Origin: Desulfomonilia bacterium
Lineage (GTDB): Bacteria; Desulfobacterota; Desulfomonilia; UBA1062
Reading direction: 5' to 3'
Assembly: GCA_963664325.2 (NCBI GenBank)
Contig: CAXXDQ010000007.1
Location: 973,749 to 1,037,748 of the forward strand
Length of the DNA: 64,000 nucleotides
Positions 20,427 to 32,060 of the stretch are shown here, in pieces (the stretch's first letter is position 1; each line of letters opens with the position of its first letter). The position numbers and the translations under genes are program-made. The notes beneath the pieces are model-generated. The model worked only from the letters and a program-made list of their open reading frames with translations. It was not told the DNA's origin and ran no database searches.

Positions 20427-21122
20427 TCATAAGATCCTGACAGGCCTGAAACCTACACAATCGGCCGAAGTGAAAACAAAGCGGGTGCTTCCAATTGTTG
20501 TATTGAATCCGGAATAGTCGTTGCCATCTATATGCATGTGGCCGAAAACCCATGTGTGTACATCAAACCCCTTCAGAGTCTCGACTGCCCTTCCCGTCCT
20601 GTTATCAGGCGAAATCGGCGGGAAATGCGTCATAACGATAATCTTCTCAGTTTTTCCTGAAAGTGATTCAATGGAATTTTTAAGCCTGCCCAATTCTCTC
20701 TCAAAAAGCTTCCCGTCTTCGTCCGTTGCCTTTTCAAGGTTAAGGCCGGGGTCGATCCATAATCTCGTCCCGGCAATACCTATACCCTGCGTTTCATATG
20801 AAGTGTTATGCAACGGTAAAATTGAATCCGGAACAATATCCCTGACTTTTTTCAGCCCCTGCCACCAGTAATCATGATTTCCTTTTATAATGATTTTTTT
20901 ACCGGGAAGCCCGTCAAGAAATGCCAGGTCTGCCTTTGCCCCCATCGGCTTCATTGCCCAGGATATATCCCCGGCTACAAGGACAATATCATCACCGGAA
21001 ACCGTATTGGTCCATTCCTGACTGATTCGTTCATGATGCAACTCCCAGTGCGGACCGAAAATATCCATAGGCTTATCTGAATCAAAGCCGAGATGAAGGT
21101 CTGATAAAGCAAAGATTTTCAT
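20427..21122 (-). CDS. Metallophosphoesterase
   Basis: SDLH, AGDISWA, KGNHDYWW, THFPP, FGHMH. Confidence 0.9.
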   Translation of the reverse strand: MKIFALSDLHLGFDSDKPMDIFGPHWELHHERISQEWTNTVSGDDIVLVAGDISWAMKPMGAKADLAFLDGLPGKKIIIKGNHDYWWQGLKKVRDIVPDSILPLHNTSYETQGIGIAGTRLWIDPGLNLEKATDEDGKLFERELGRLKNSIESLSGKTEKIIVMTHFPPISPDNRTGRAVETLKGFDVHTWVFGHMHIDGNDYSGFNTTIGSTRFVFTSADCVGFRPVRIL

Positions 21123-21148
21123 TATGTTTGCTTTTTATGCTGCTCCGT

Positions 21149-22090
21149 TTACCGGTTTTTGCTGTTGAACCTGTTTAATATTTCGCCGGCCTTTCTGCAG
21201 TCTTTATCGATCTGTTTAGTCAGCTGCTCCTTGCTTTCGAACTTGATTTCGGTTCTCAGGCGATCAATAAACTCTATTGTCATAGACCTGCCGTACAGGT
21301 CGCCATCAAAATCGAAAAGGAAGGCCTCAATTGACGTTCCTTCATCACCGAATGTCGGGTTGTCACCTATGTTGGTTGCCCCTGTATAGCGTTTGCCGTC
21401 CAGATATATGTTTGTCGCATAAACACCGTAAAAGGGGATCAAGGATTTGTCAGGCTTGATATTTGCCGTCGGAAAACCGAGCAGTCTACCCCGCGCCATA
21501 CCGTGAACGACGGTGCCGGGAAGCCTGTATGGCCTTGACAGGAGCCCGGCCGCAGTACTTACATCCCCTGCTTTTATCATGGCCCTTATCAGTGTGCTGG
21601 AAACGACTATCCCGTCCTTGATCACGGCAGGAACGCTTTCTACAAAAAACCCGAGTTTATCCCCCTTTTTTTTTAAAAAGGGTATATCTCCCATCGCCCT
21701 GCGGCCGAAAACAAAATCATAACCCACAACGATACCTTTCGCCTTAATCCCGCTTACAAGCACCTCGTCAACGAACCTCTCAGGATGAGTATCTGCAAAC
21801 TCTCTCGTGAAAGGAACGACAACCATGAAATCCATTCCCAACGAATCAATCGCTTCTATCTTTTCATTAAGCGTATATATGGTACTGGGTTCATTCTCAT
21901 GAATCACCGATGCGGGATGCGGATTGAATGTATAGACGACTGATGATCCGCCCAGGGCGGCAGCATGCTTTCTTACCCTTCTGAATATTTCCTGATGCCC
22001 GACATGACATCCGTCGAAGTTGCCTATGGTGACAACCGGATTCTTTATTTTCCCGGCATCAATTTTATCGTTTCCCCAGAAAATTTTCAT
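21149..22090 (-). CDS. ribF: Bifunctional riboflavin kinase/FAD synthetase
   Basis: IGNFDGCHVGH, VSSTLIR, GRLLGFPTAN. Confidence 0.96.
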   Translation of the reverse strand: MKIFWGNDKIDAGKIKNPVVTIGNFDGCHVGHQEIFRRVRKHAAALGGSSVVYTFNPHPASVIHENEPSTIYTLNEKIEAIDSLGMDFMVVVPFTREFADTHPERFVDEVLVSGIKAKGIVVGYDFVFGRRAMGDIPFLKKKGDKLGFFVESVPAVIKDGIVVSSTLIRAMIKAGDVSTAAGLLSRPYRLPGTVVHGMARGRLLGFPTANIKPDKSLIPFYGVYATNIYLDGKRYTGATNIGDNPTFGDEGTSIEAFLFDFDGDLYGRSMTIEFIDRLRTEIKFESKEQLTKQIDKDCRKAGEILNRFNSKNR

Positions 22091-22159
22091 GTCCTCAATC
22101 CTTGACTTTTTTAAGGTTCAAAAGTATAGGGGAAAAGCTCTTGCATTGCAAGGGCATGT

Positions 22160-22246
22160 GCCGGGGTGGCGGAACTGGCAGACGCGCTAGGTTCAGGGTC
22201 TAGTGTCCGAACGGACATCAGGGTTCAAGTCCCTGTCCCGGCACCA
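22160..22246 (+). tRNA. tRNA-Leu (anticodon CAG)
   Basis: GCCGGGG acceptor stem, D-arm GGCGGAACTGGCAGACGC, anticodon loop TT-CAG-GG, long variable arm, GTTCAAGTC T-loop, encoded CCA. Confidence 0.95.
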
Positions 22247-22403
22247 ATCTAAAAACCATAAGGTTTTGACAGTGCCTCATGTGTAATGACATTACAATTC
22301 TACAGGAGGCATAAAACAATCCGATATCTCAGCAGCCAGTCATGCCTCCTGACATCAAGTTAAAGTATTGATCCGTGTTGCCAGATCAAACTGGACTCAG
22401 CAA

Positions 22404-24044
22404 TCAGATTGCTGAAATGTATGTCATATAGCCGCCGCTCAGGTTAAATACGTTATAGCCTTTCTGCATGAGTATCCTGCTTGCCAGGTATCCTCTCAGG
22501 CCTATTGCGCAATATATGATGATCCGCTTTTCTTTCGGAAATTCCCCTAGCCTCCCCCGCAGTTCATCAACCGGGATATTTACAGCACCATCGATTGACC
22601 CTGCTCTGAATTCAAACGGCGTCCTTACATCGACAATTAACGAATCATCTCTATAATTTTCGACATCATCCCAGTAAATTATCCTTACTTTCCCGCTCAG
22701 GATGTTCTCTGCGACAAAACCGGCCATATTGACAGGGTCTTTTGCCGAGGAAAACGGCGGCGCATAGGCATGTTCGATCCGGGTCAGATCATAAATGGTT
22801 CCTTTTCTCCCTATCACGGAGGCTATCAGGTCGATCCTCTTGTCGACGCCTTCCTGACCGATTATCTGAGCACCTAGAACAAGGCCATTATCCGGAGAAT
22901 ACATAAGCTTGATCGACAGCATGGAAGCCCCGGGATAATACCCCGCATGCGAGGCCCCGTGAGTGATGGATGAGACAAAATCGATACCTGATGATTTAAG
23001 CAGGCGTCCCGACGCGCCTGTTATTGCACAGTTGAGCCCGAACACCTTGACTATGGCGGTCCCGATTGAGCCCTGATAGCTGCTGACATCTCCCAGTACG
23101 ATATTGTCTGCAACGATCCTGGCCTGCTTGTTGGCAGGGCCTGCCAGAGGTACAGCCACAGGCCTGCCAAGTACCGGATGCATCATTTCGACTGCGTCTC
23201 CGAGCGCATATATATCGGGATCGGACGTGCGCATGTATTCATCCACAATTATGCCGCCTCCGGCCCCTATATCGAGTCCTGCCTTTTTTGCCAGGGATGA
23301 ATCCGGCCGTACACCGATAGACAGAATAATCATGTCGGCAACTATCTCTTTCCCGCTCTTTAGCGAGACTGCAAGATTCTTTCCCTGTCTTGAAACCGAA
23401 ACAAGAGAGTCATTCAGAATAAGATCAACCATTTTTTTCTTCAGATGTTCCCCAACAAGAGCGGCCATTTCATAATCAAAAGGCGGAAGTACTTGGCCCT
23501 GCATCTCCACGATGCTTACATCTATCCCAAGGTTGATCAGATTTTCGGCCGCCTCAAGACCTATGAATCCCCCTCCTGCAACAAGGGCTTTTTGAGGCTT
23601 ATTCTCCTGGATAAAGGACTTCAACCTGTCCGAGTCGCCGACTGAACGGATCGTGAATACAGCTTCATCGTCAATTCCGCTAACAGAGGGCCTGAACGGG
23701 TATGCTCCCGGCGACAGAACAAGTTTGTCGTATCGTTCAGAATATTCTTTGCCGCTTTTTAGGTCCCTTGCCTTAACCGTTTTCGAAGTCCTGTCCACTT
23801 CCGTCACTTCATTCTTTACTCGGACATCCAGGTTATATCTCTGGCGGAGACCTGATGCGCTTTGTACAAAAAGGCTGTCTCTTTTGGGTATGACGCCGCC
23901 TACATAATACGGCAATCCGCAGTTCGCATATGAGACATAATCGTCTCTCTCGAAAACTATTATCTCTGCATTTTCATCAAGCCGCCTTAGTCTGGCCGCA
24001 GTCGAAGCACCTCCGGCCACTCCACCGACAATAATATACCGCAT
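22404..24044 (-). CDS. CoA-disulfide/persulfide reductase with rhodanese domain (CoADR-RHD family)
   Basis: GGVAGG, SYANCGLPY, YAPPFS, rhodanese IYCAIGLRG. Confidence 0.92.
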   Translation of the reverse strand: MRYIIVGGVAGGASTAARLRRLDENAEIIVFERDDYVSYANCGLPYYVGGVIPKRDSLFVQSASGLRQRYNLDVRVKNEVTEVDRTSKTVKARDLKSGKEYSERYDKLVLSPGAYPFRPSVSGIDDEAVFTIRSVGDSDRLKSFIQENKPQKALVAGGGFIGLEAAENLINLGIDVSIVEMQGQVLPPFDYEMAALVGEHLKKKMVDLILNDSLVSVSRQGKNLAVSLKSGKEIVADMIILSIGVRPDSSLAKKAGLDIGAGGGIIVDEYMRTSDPDIYALGDAVEMMHPVLGRPVAVPLAGPANKQARIVADNIVLGDVSSYQGSIGTAIVKVFGLNCAITGASGRLLKSSGIDFVSSITHGASHAGYYPGASMLSIKLMYSPDNGLVLGAQIIGQEGVDKRIDLIASVIGRKGTIYDLTRIEHAYAPPFSSAKDPVNMAGFVAENILSGKVRIIYWDDVENYRDDSLIVDVRTPFEFRAGSIDGAVNIPVDELRGRLGEFPKEKRIIIYCAIGLRGYLASRILMQKGYNVFNLSGGYMTYISAI

Positions 24045-24066
24045 AGACAAATGCTCCTTTTGCTTG

Positions 24067-24648
24067 TTATTTGGTAAGCATACCCCCGCAGCCGCCCACT
24101 GGCATGCCTCCACCACATGATACCTGAAATTGAGTTGTTTGTGATCCCCCTTTGGCAATAATTTCAAGAGCCTTGCCAGCTGCTTTTCCAACAACTCCCG
24201 AACAATGATCGGACATGCCCTGTTCAAATGCGCTATTCATGTCATCAGGGTTTCTCAAGTCGAAGCTTCGCCCCATTAACCTCTTCTGAATATCGGCGCA
24301 CCGGCATGTCCCGTATTCCGAGATGAAATATTCGTGAAGCTCCTTTGCAAGGTCATATGATTTTATGGCTGCCAGAGGGTCTTTGAAGTTTGAGGCATCA
24401 CGGCCAAAGAGAAGCCCCATCACCATTGCCCCGCCTGTCAGCGCACCGCAGCTGCCGTCGCTGCTGAGTCCAATACCGTCGGCCATGCCGCTTGACGCCT
24501 TGAACACGTCTTCGTTATTTATCTCAAGGATTTCAAGAAGCGCTGCAACCGTGCTTTGTGCACAGCCAGTGCACGTCTTCTCATATTCTTTGCCAAGCGC
24601 TTCAACCCTTTTAATATCCGATTCCTTTATCTTTTGTAAATCCTTCAT
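24067..24648 (-). CDS. C_GCAxxG_C_C family redox protein
   Basis: CTGCAQ, CGALTG, CRC, HC; Cys/Gly-rich C-terminal tail. Confidence 0.85.
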   Translation of the reverse strand: MKDLQKIKESDIKRVEALGKEYEKTCTGCAQSTVAALLEILEINNEDVFKASSGMADGIGLSSDGSCGALTGGAMVMGLLFGRDASNFKDPLAAIKSYDLAKELHEYFISEYGTCRCADIQKRLMGRSFDLRNPDDMNSAFEQGMSDHCSGVVGKAAGKALEIIAKGGSQTTQFQVSCGGGMPVGGCGGMLTK

Positions 24649-24664
24649 GGCTTACTCCTTCAGA

Positions 24665-25963
24665 TCAGACCAGATGCCACGGTTGCCGGAGCGAGAACAG
24701 TATCTTGCTGCCCGATATACGCTTTTGATAACCATTCTCGTCCAGTATCCTCGTCACAAGAACCTTGGGACGGGATGGAAACGGGAAGCATTTTTTAAAT
24801 TTCATCTCAGGGGTTTCCAGTTTGAACATCTCTTCAACAATATCCTCTATGGTCGCTTCGCCTATCTTTGAGTGGACCTCAAGCACGTCACGCTTCAGTC
24901 CTAGATAAAATTTTTCAAAGGTGGAGAAAAACGTAATGCATTCATCTTCGCCCCTTGCGCAGTCTTCAAGCTCTATGGGACTAAGCGGTGTAATGTTCAA
25001 AAGATGCATGGCATCAACAAGGAAGGTCTTGCTCCTGTGCGCGTCCGATGCAAGAGCGATAAAGCCCTGCTCAGCCATGCGCCTGAACCCCCTGGCGGCG
25101 CCTATACATTTTTCAAAACAGCTGTCAAAAAAAGGCGGATTTATCTCGACAGTAACATCGCCGCTTAAGAGGAGTCGGTTTTCGGGATCATACAGACATA
25201 CATGACCCGGGCTATGCGAACCGTCATGAATAATAAAAAAGCGCCCCACCTGCCAGCCATGGAATTCCGTATCGCCGAAGACCCGTTTTTCGCGTCCGGA
25301 AAGCTTCAGGACTTCGGCCCTTTCGGCAAGGCTGCGTTTGTTTCCGACAAGTACCCGGTCAATGAGAAGCTTCAGGGCTGTCCGGTAGCCTTCATAGCTT
25401 GAATCAGGTTCGAGCATGGCAAGGCTTCTCCACACATCTGCATATTGAGGTTCGCTGTATTCTCTGAAATTCCTGGCATACCTTTCTATCTCCTGAAGAA
25501 GATCCCTCCAGGCGGTATAGGGGTTGAAAAATGCTTCCAGCTTTCTGAAATCGCCAAGCCAGTGGTACGCAGAGTCGATGACCGGCACTTCCGGCTCCGG
25601 TAAAAGGAAACGCACGGTTTCAAAGCCCGCATCAAGCACCACATCATTGTTGAGGGCATGGTCCCAGTGGCCCTGGGTATCCATGAGAACAAGCCTCTTG
25701 CAGCCGGCAGCCGAATACCTGCGAAGGACATCAAGGATTCTCTGCCTGTAGAAAGGCTGCATGCCGGTATCCAGAACGAACACAAGGTCTTTGTCCCTGA
25801 GGACGTAGACATTGCTGGACGGCGGAGCGAGGAAAAAAGAGAAACCGACAAAACCTTCAATCTGCCAGACATCAGGGGCTATTTCCCGAACAGCCGATTT
25901 CGAATAGGTGTCATCCATATCCGGAAAACAGAACGGATGCAGTTTTAACTGATGCTTATCCAT
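24665..25963 (-). CDS. Metallo-beta-lactamase fold protein
   Basis: LDTG, TQGHWDH (variant of HxHxDH), HSPGH, SGD. Confidence 0.8.
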   Translation of the reverse strand: MDKHQLKLHPFCFPDMDDTYSKSAVREIAPDVWQIEGFVGFSFFLAPPSSNVYVLRDKDLVFVLDTGMQPFYRQRILDVLRRYSAAGCKRLVLMDTQGHWDHALNNDVVLDAGFETVRFLLPEPEVPVIDSAYHWLGDFRKLEAFFNPYTAWRDLLQEIERYARNFREYSEPQYADVWRSLAMLEPDSSYEGYRTALKLLIDRVLVGNKRSLAERAEVLKLSGREKRVFGDTEFHGWQVGRFFIIHDGSHSPGHVCLYDPENRLLLSGDVTVEINPPFFDSCFEKCIGAARGFRRMAEQGFIALASDAHRSKTFLVDAMHLLNITPLSPIELEDCARGEDECITFFSTFEKFYLGLKRDVLEVHSKIGEATIEDIVEEMFKLETPEMKFKKCFPFPSRPKVLVTRILDENGYQKRISGSKILFSLRQPWHLV

Positions 25964-26001
25964 AATATACCTCCTTATTTTTTTGTGCTCATGGTTTAGC
26001 C

Positions 26002-26017
26002 AGCAATACCCATGCCT
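26002..26017 (-). promoter_or_regulatory. Sigma-54 -24/-12 promoter for the MBL operon
   Basis: Minus strand AGGCATGGGTATTGCT, GG-N10-GC, 39 bp upstream of the start codon. Confidence 0.7.
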
Positions 26018-26090
26018 TACGCAGTATTATTTGTTAGTATTCGTTTTTATTGACTATTTGGCTTGTTTGTCTTACTAATCATGATATAAT

Positions 26091-26128
26091 AGACCATATT
26101 GGGTCATTATAGTGACCTTATACGGTCA
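26091..26128. promoter_or_regulatory. Tandem upstream activator sites
   Basis: AGACC-N6-GGTCA (26091-26106) and TGACC-N6-GGTCA (26113-26128), between the sigma-54 promoter and the divergent activator gene. Confidence 0.6.
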
Positions 26129-26190
26129 TTTATTTGATATAGGTCCTTTCTGGTGATACCAGGTCACGGAAAGCAGGGAAAGGAGAGACG

Positions 26191-29100
26191 ATGAAAAAGG
26201 ACATCCTCAAGTTTACGCCCGAGCAATGGCAATTGCTGGCCTTTATGCACATAGCCGCTGCACCTGTGCATATAGATTCGGCCGCTACGATTATACCGAT
26301 AAAGCCCGGCCCCTTGATCAACCTGATAAATCAGGGAATGCAATCAGGTTATATATTTCAGATGCAGGAAAATAAATATTCCCTCTCAAAGGAGCTTACC
26401 AATGAACTGGATCTGGGCATAAAGAAGATTGTCACACGGAAATTTCTTATATCCATTCTTGAATCGATTGAAGAGAGACATCTGGAAGAGCAGCTTCCCC
26501 GGGAGTCAATGGCTGCAGTTCTCGAAGGTGCCGGAAGGATGTATGAGGCGGCATATGCTTACCATGAGATTGCATCAAAAGATTTTTTAGCCGGTAAAGC
26601 CGGCTCGGCGCTCAAATATGAGATTTCGGCAATAAACATCCTTAAAGGCGAAAAGGCGTCAAGGGACAGGGATAAGCTTTTTGTCTCCGCCGTTCTAGGG
26701 CTTTCAGAGATATATATAGGAATCTCACAGGCCCACAGCGAGATAATCACGCTTTTAAAAGTCGCAAAAAAAATTGCGGCAAGGATGGGCGACAGGCGCT
26801 CATCGTTACTTATAGACTTTCATCTGGGCCGCTATTATTTCATGGCCAACAAATTGTCAGGCACACTCGATGCCCTGCATAAGGCCATAGAAGAATTAAA
26901 TGAGTTCAGCGATGCCGACATCAGGGACAGGACAGAACAATTTGTAGGTCTTTATTATTATCTCCAGGGCATGTACGGCAAGGCCGCAGTCCATCTTGAA
27001 AAGACCCTGCATTCGCGATCTAATTTTTTTATGGGGCAGACGGACTATATTCTTCTTCTTTACTATGCATTCAGTTGCGCCTGCACCGGACAATTCCATA
27101 AGGCGATAGGTGTTCTTGATGCAAACTGGAGACGTGCATTCAAACGCTCGGAGTATGAGCAGGCTTTCCATACCCGGGCCGTGCTCGGATATATTTTGCT
27201 TATGAGTGGAAGGACGGACGAGTCTCTTGAACATCTGAACGCTTCAAAAGAATATGCGTGGAAGGACTCTAATGCATTCGGCAAGTTGATTACCGAGGCA
27301 GGATTTGCTTTCGAGGCTTTCAGGTCAGGACGCATAAAGGAATCCTACAATATACTCAAGGATTTTCTCTCCGGGGGATTTTATGTCAGACAATATCCAG
27401 TTTCCGCTTTTCTGGAAATGCTTTCAGAGTACAACAGGAGAAAATATCCGCCTGTAGTATCCGGCTATGTCTTTGATGAGGAGTCAAACCGAATCATCAA
27501 AGGTCCGAACATTCATTTAAAAGGCGCTGCTCTTAGAATAATGGCACATGATGCAATTACCGCGTCACCCAAAAGCCCGCTGATTCCAAGATACCTTGCT
27601 GAAAGCGAGAAGCTTCTCCTTGAATCAGGCGATCCTGTTGAACTTGCCAGGACATATGTCGAATTCTCGAGATATTTATTAAACAGGGGGGAAAAGGAAA
27701 AGGCCTCGGAATACGCAATGAAGGCCTGGGAAAACTTCTCGGGTCTTGGAGATCTATACTGCCCTGCGGATATAAAACACCTACTGACTGATGACACGAA
27801 AGAGGGATTAATACTCAGGGAGCGCGGCAATCTTACGGCGCGTCTTATGAAAATGGTGGGTGGTATCATTCCATCCCATGATACACAGAACCTTTTTGAT
27901 CAGATACTTGAAGCAGTGGCCGGCTTTCTGAAGGCTGAAAAGGCGGCGCTACTATTCTTTGACAAAAAAAAGGGTAATGCGCCGCTTGTTAAAGCGTCAC
28001 GCTCAATAGCCGAGGAAGAAATATATGCAGGCTCATTCCGCAATTCCCTCTCATTGATATTCACGGCCAGGAAGGAGAAAAAAACTGGTTATAAGGACAT
28101 TCAAAGATGAAGACGGGACCGCACACAACACAATGTGCCTACCTGTTGATGCCGGTCCTGATTTCGACAGCGTCATGTTCTTTGAATCCGTTTATAATGA
28201 CAGTGAGTTAACAAAATTAGAACAGGCCGTCCCTGATCTTATCATGAATATGGCCAAAGATGCTTTTGCAAAGATATTGAGATTCGAAAGCATAAGGCAA
28301 GAGATGGACTTGCCACCGGCAAGAGACATGCATCAACAAGACATCGGCAGCAACGACGAAATTATTTCCAAAAACTCCCTCATGACCGGGCTTCTATCCC
28401 GGATTGACAAGGCGGCGGTTACGGACGCTTCGATACTTGTGACAGGAGAAACAGGCGTCGGCAAAGAACTTGTCGCCAGACGCATTCATGCAAAAAGCAA
28501 AAGGGCGAAAGGGCCCTTTGTCACCGTGAACATTGCGGGCATACCGGAGACACTTATAGAAAGCGAGCTGTTCGGCCACGAAAAGGGCGCGTTTACCGGA
28601 GCAGCTGCACAGCGCAAGGGTAGGATAGAACTTGCCCATAACGGGACCCTTTTCATTGACGAATTTGGAGATATCCCGTTCTCCATTCAGGTAAAGCTCC
28701 TGCGCGTATTGCAGGACAAGACATTCTCAAGGCTGGGCGGCGCCAGAAACATCCTGTCCGACTTCAGGCTTGTTACAGCCACCAACAAAGACCTCGAAAG
28801 TGAAGTTGAGTCAGGGAGATTCCGCAGAGATCTTTTTTACCGTGTCAATACGATTCAGGTTCATGTGCCGCCTTTGAGGGAGAGGAAAACCGACATCGTA
28901 CTGATTGCCAGGAATTTTTTGAAACGCTTCATAAAGGAATTCGGCAAACCGGAACTTAAATTTACACCGGAACAGGAGCAATCACTCATGGACTATGCAT
29001 GGCCCGGCAATGTCAGGGAACTTAGAAATGTAATTGAGCGCAGCATCCTTGTATCTGCCGGAAGTTCCATGGAACTGAGCCTTCCCGACCATAAAGAACC

Positions 29101-29287
29101 CGGGCAGGATAATATCTGTTCGGACATTCCAACACTTGATGAACTCGAAAGGCGCTATATAAGACATATTATCAAGATGACTGGCGGGAAAATATCCGGA
29201 AAAAGCGGTGCCTGCCTAATACTTGGCATGAAAAGGACGACCCTGAACGGGAGGATGAAAAAACTGGGAATTGCCCACAGACAATAA
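26191..29287 (+). CDS. Large sigma-54 activator (TPR-like/GAF/AAA+/HTH) split by a +1 frameshift
   Basis: Removing one A from the A7 run at 28078-28084 joins 26191-28110 to 28133-29287 (EKKLVIRTF...TMCLPV); GETGVGKE, GAFTGA, WPGNVREL. Confidence 0.8.
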
Positions 29288-29521
29288 TTCACCTGAAATA
29301 CTTTTTGCTCCGTCCATTGGGACAAGAGGATTGGCGTACACACGGCGCCGGCCGTCAAAAAACCATTGTGTCAAAGTCAATTGTTGAGGTCAGCCTTCTC
29401 CTCTTCCATATGGCATTCTGGCAGCATAGAAATTGAAGCCATATTTATTAGGGCATGTTGTACCAAACTCCCTTAATACCTAAGACCAGACCATCATTTA
29501 TTGAGCTATCCGGCTGACGCC

Positions 29522-30508
29522 TCAATCTGCCGCCGGAAAATCCTCCTTGTAAAAAACCTCTTCCTTTTTCTCCATCCACCTGCGGTAATACTCCTTGTCT
29601 AAAACTGTCATACACAGCGGAGGATAACCCTTGACCTGGCTTACATGGGCATTCAGCGCCTGCGACTTTATATCGCCCAGGTCGCTGATATCAAAAGTAA
29701 GGTCCCATTTGGGAGGCCTGGGACGCTGTATTGAATTGGCCAGTGCGCAATAATTAAGACTGGGTCCTTTGTTAGGCCAGAAGAGATCTCCCAGGCAGCA
29801 GAAACCGAGATCAATGATAAACTCATCATGAACTATGGAGCTGAGCAGGGTCACAGGGATATTGAGGTTGGAGCTTACGGCAAGCGCGGCCGATTTTGCT
29901 GCGTAGTAGTCAACGCGATGGTCCGGGTGGCCGTCCCATCCTGAACCCGAAATTATTGTAAGGTGTTCGGTGCCTGCAGGCACAAGGTCCTGGACAAGAG
30001 CAGTTATTTCATTGATTGCCTCTGTTCCGTCAGCATTAAGGGTGTCAACACGCTTGCCCTTGACCAGTTTTGTGTTTGATACCACGCCCTTATCCGGATA
30101 TCTCAGGAAGTGAATGAAAGACGGATCAAGACCGAGTACATTCCATGCATTTCTTGTTTCATTTTCCCTCAGGGCAACGATCTTTTCCTTTCTTACCTCC
30201 GCGCTCGTCTCATGGCATTTTCCCTTGCCGCCGGCGGCGTCGCCCGAAGATAAATAAATTGCCTGGACTGATGTGTCAGGGTCCAAACATGCTCTGTGAA
30301 TAGTGCCCGCGGCCATTATGCTTTCATCATCGGGATGCGGGGAAACGACTATCAGGGCTTCCTTTCTGACGGTTCCGTCGGTTGTAAGCATATCTGCGGT
30401 ATACATCGAAGACTGAGTCGTATCATCTTTCATCTCCCCCCCGCAGCCGTAAATGGATGTGACAATCATCAAAAGAAAAACTGCTTTCATCAAATTCGAA
30501 TTCTTCAT
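29522..30508 (-). CDS. PIG-L/LmbE family deacetylase, lipoprotein
   Basis: IYG-C lipobox, SPHPDDE, HPDH, HVSQ. Confidence 0.85.
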   Translation of the reverse strand: MKNSNLMKAVFLLMIVTSIYGCGGEMKDDTTQSSMYTADMLTTDGTVRKEALIVVSPHPDDESIMAAGTIHRACLDPDTSVQAIYLSSGDAAGGKGKCHETSAEVRKEKIVALRENETRNAWNVLGLDPSFIHFLRYPDKGVVSNTKLVKGKRVDTLNADGTEAINEITALVQDLVPAGTEHLTIISGSGWDGHPDHRVDYYAAKSAALAVSSNLNIPVTLLSSIVHDEFIIDLGFCCLGDLFWPNKGPSLNYCALANSIQRPRPPKWDLTFDISDLGDIKSQALNAHVSQVKGYPPLCMTVLDKEYYRRWMEKKEEVFYKEDFPAAD

Positions 30509-30700
30509 GGACCTCCTTATAACTTGCTACCCTTCAGTTTATATCTATCAAGAATCATCATTATCAGACTTTGGGCTACCCGCACTTCAGGAGTCAAGCG
30601 GCTACCTCATAATGTTTAATTGAAAGTCCACAAAACTTCTGTAAAAGCTAACTGCTTTAATTATAATATCGAAGGCATTATTTTGCAAGTTGACACAGGA

Positions 30701-30920
30701 TTACGGTTTATCAGGCACCAGGCCTTCAAGGGTAAAGTCATAACCGGCTTTGCCGTAAATTTCCCGTATACGCAAAAGATCCTCCACCTTATCTTCTCCG
30801 GGAAAGATTTCGCCCAGCCATCGGGTGATTTTATTCCCGTTATCCAGATACCGGCAGATAATGGAAATATCTGCTGCCTTGGCAATTTGCCAGAAACCGG
30901 TTTTTATTGTTTTTGTCCCT
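30701..30920 (-). pseudogene. Possible 3' remnant of a PlsC-type acyltransferase
   Basis: Manual translation GTKTIKTGFWQIAKAADISIICRYLDN resembles the PlsC KTGFxxIA block; no N-terminal HxxxxD and no clear start. Confidence 0.35.
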
Positions 30921-31026
30921 AATGCAGTAATATCCGAAAGATTGATCAGTTTCGGCTCTTTTCCCAGCCAAGGCTGCTCCTATCTCCCTCACCCGCGTGG
31001 TTTTCAGTGCAGCCGTTGATCTCCTG

Positions 31027-31590
31027 CTAAAGGATCTTCAATATTTCCGGTGCATGACGCTCTGAGGCCTCAGGTATATTTGCAGGATAGCCCAATATTA
31101 TCGGGGCGACAATCCTGCAGTCTTCCGGAAGGCTGATCTCCTCAAGCATTTTTCTATCCCTGATATTAGCCCCCAGGGCAATCCAGCAGGTACCAAGCCC
31201 CCTGTCGGCTGCGGAAAGCATTAAGTAGGAAACAGTCAGACTGCAGTCAATATCAAGCGACCAGATGTGCTTAGGACCGACCACTAAGACAAGGCACGGC
31301 GCATTGTAAAAGGCATTAAAACTTTCATCGGCCAGAGCCGCCTTGTAATTATTCAACGGAGATTCGGGATTCAGCTCGCAGTCGGCCAGCAGATTCTTTT
31401 TACTTTCATCTGAAAGCTTTTTTATCATTTTCTTGTCCTGAACAATGATAAATTTGCATGGCTGGCCGTTGCTTGCAGTCGGGGCCAGGCTTGAATCCTG
31501 TAATACAGCCTTAACGACCTCCAATGGAACCTGTTTATCCATGAAATCCCTTATGGCACGCCTTTTTTTCAATAGTTCCTGAAATTCCAT
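31027..31590 (-). CDS. Nitroreductase family protein
   Basis: KRRAIRDF, APTASNGQP, YNAP, GLGTCWI. Confidence 0.92.
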   Translation of the reverse strand: MEFQELLKKRRAIRDFMDKQVPLEVVKAVLQDSSLAPTASNGQPCKFIIVQDKKMIKKLSDESKKNLLADCELNPESPLNNYKAALADESFNAFYNAPCLVLVVGPKHIWSLDIDCSLTVSYLMLSAADRGLGTCWIALGANIRDRKMLEEISLPEDCRIVAPIILGYPANIPEASERHAPEILKIL

Positions 31591-32060
31591 AATCAGTCCT
31601 CCTGTCAGTTATATATGGGGAAGTAACCTATCCCGATATGTCCTTCATTCTTGTTTTTAACAACAGCTGCTATATTTACTGTGCATCGGTATCAAAATGT
31701 TCAATAATGCCGAGCAGAACCTGCGGAGCAACCGGCTGTTCAAAAAGCGTTTTCTTTGATTACTCCCCTAGATTTGAACCTGTTGAAATAATGAATAGGT
31801 GTCAATAACCATTTATTCAAGGGGGCATCCGGGAATATATTTTAATGTTGGAGAACCATCCTGCTTATTTTTGCTGTTTGATAAATAGACCCTTGAAGTT
31901 GTCTTTTTTAAGGATATGCCTGTTTTTGATATTCAAGATTTAGGTTGATGAAACCGTAATTTCAATAATATATTATTTCTAATGTTGAACTTGGGAGCAG
32001 GCTGGTTTTAGGTTCAATCCAATGCATCATCTATGATCAGATAATACAAAAGGGGGTGGT

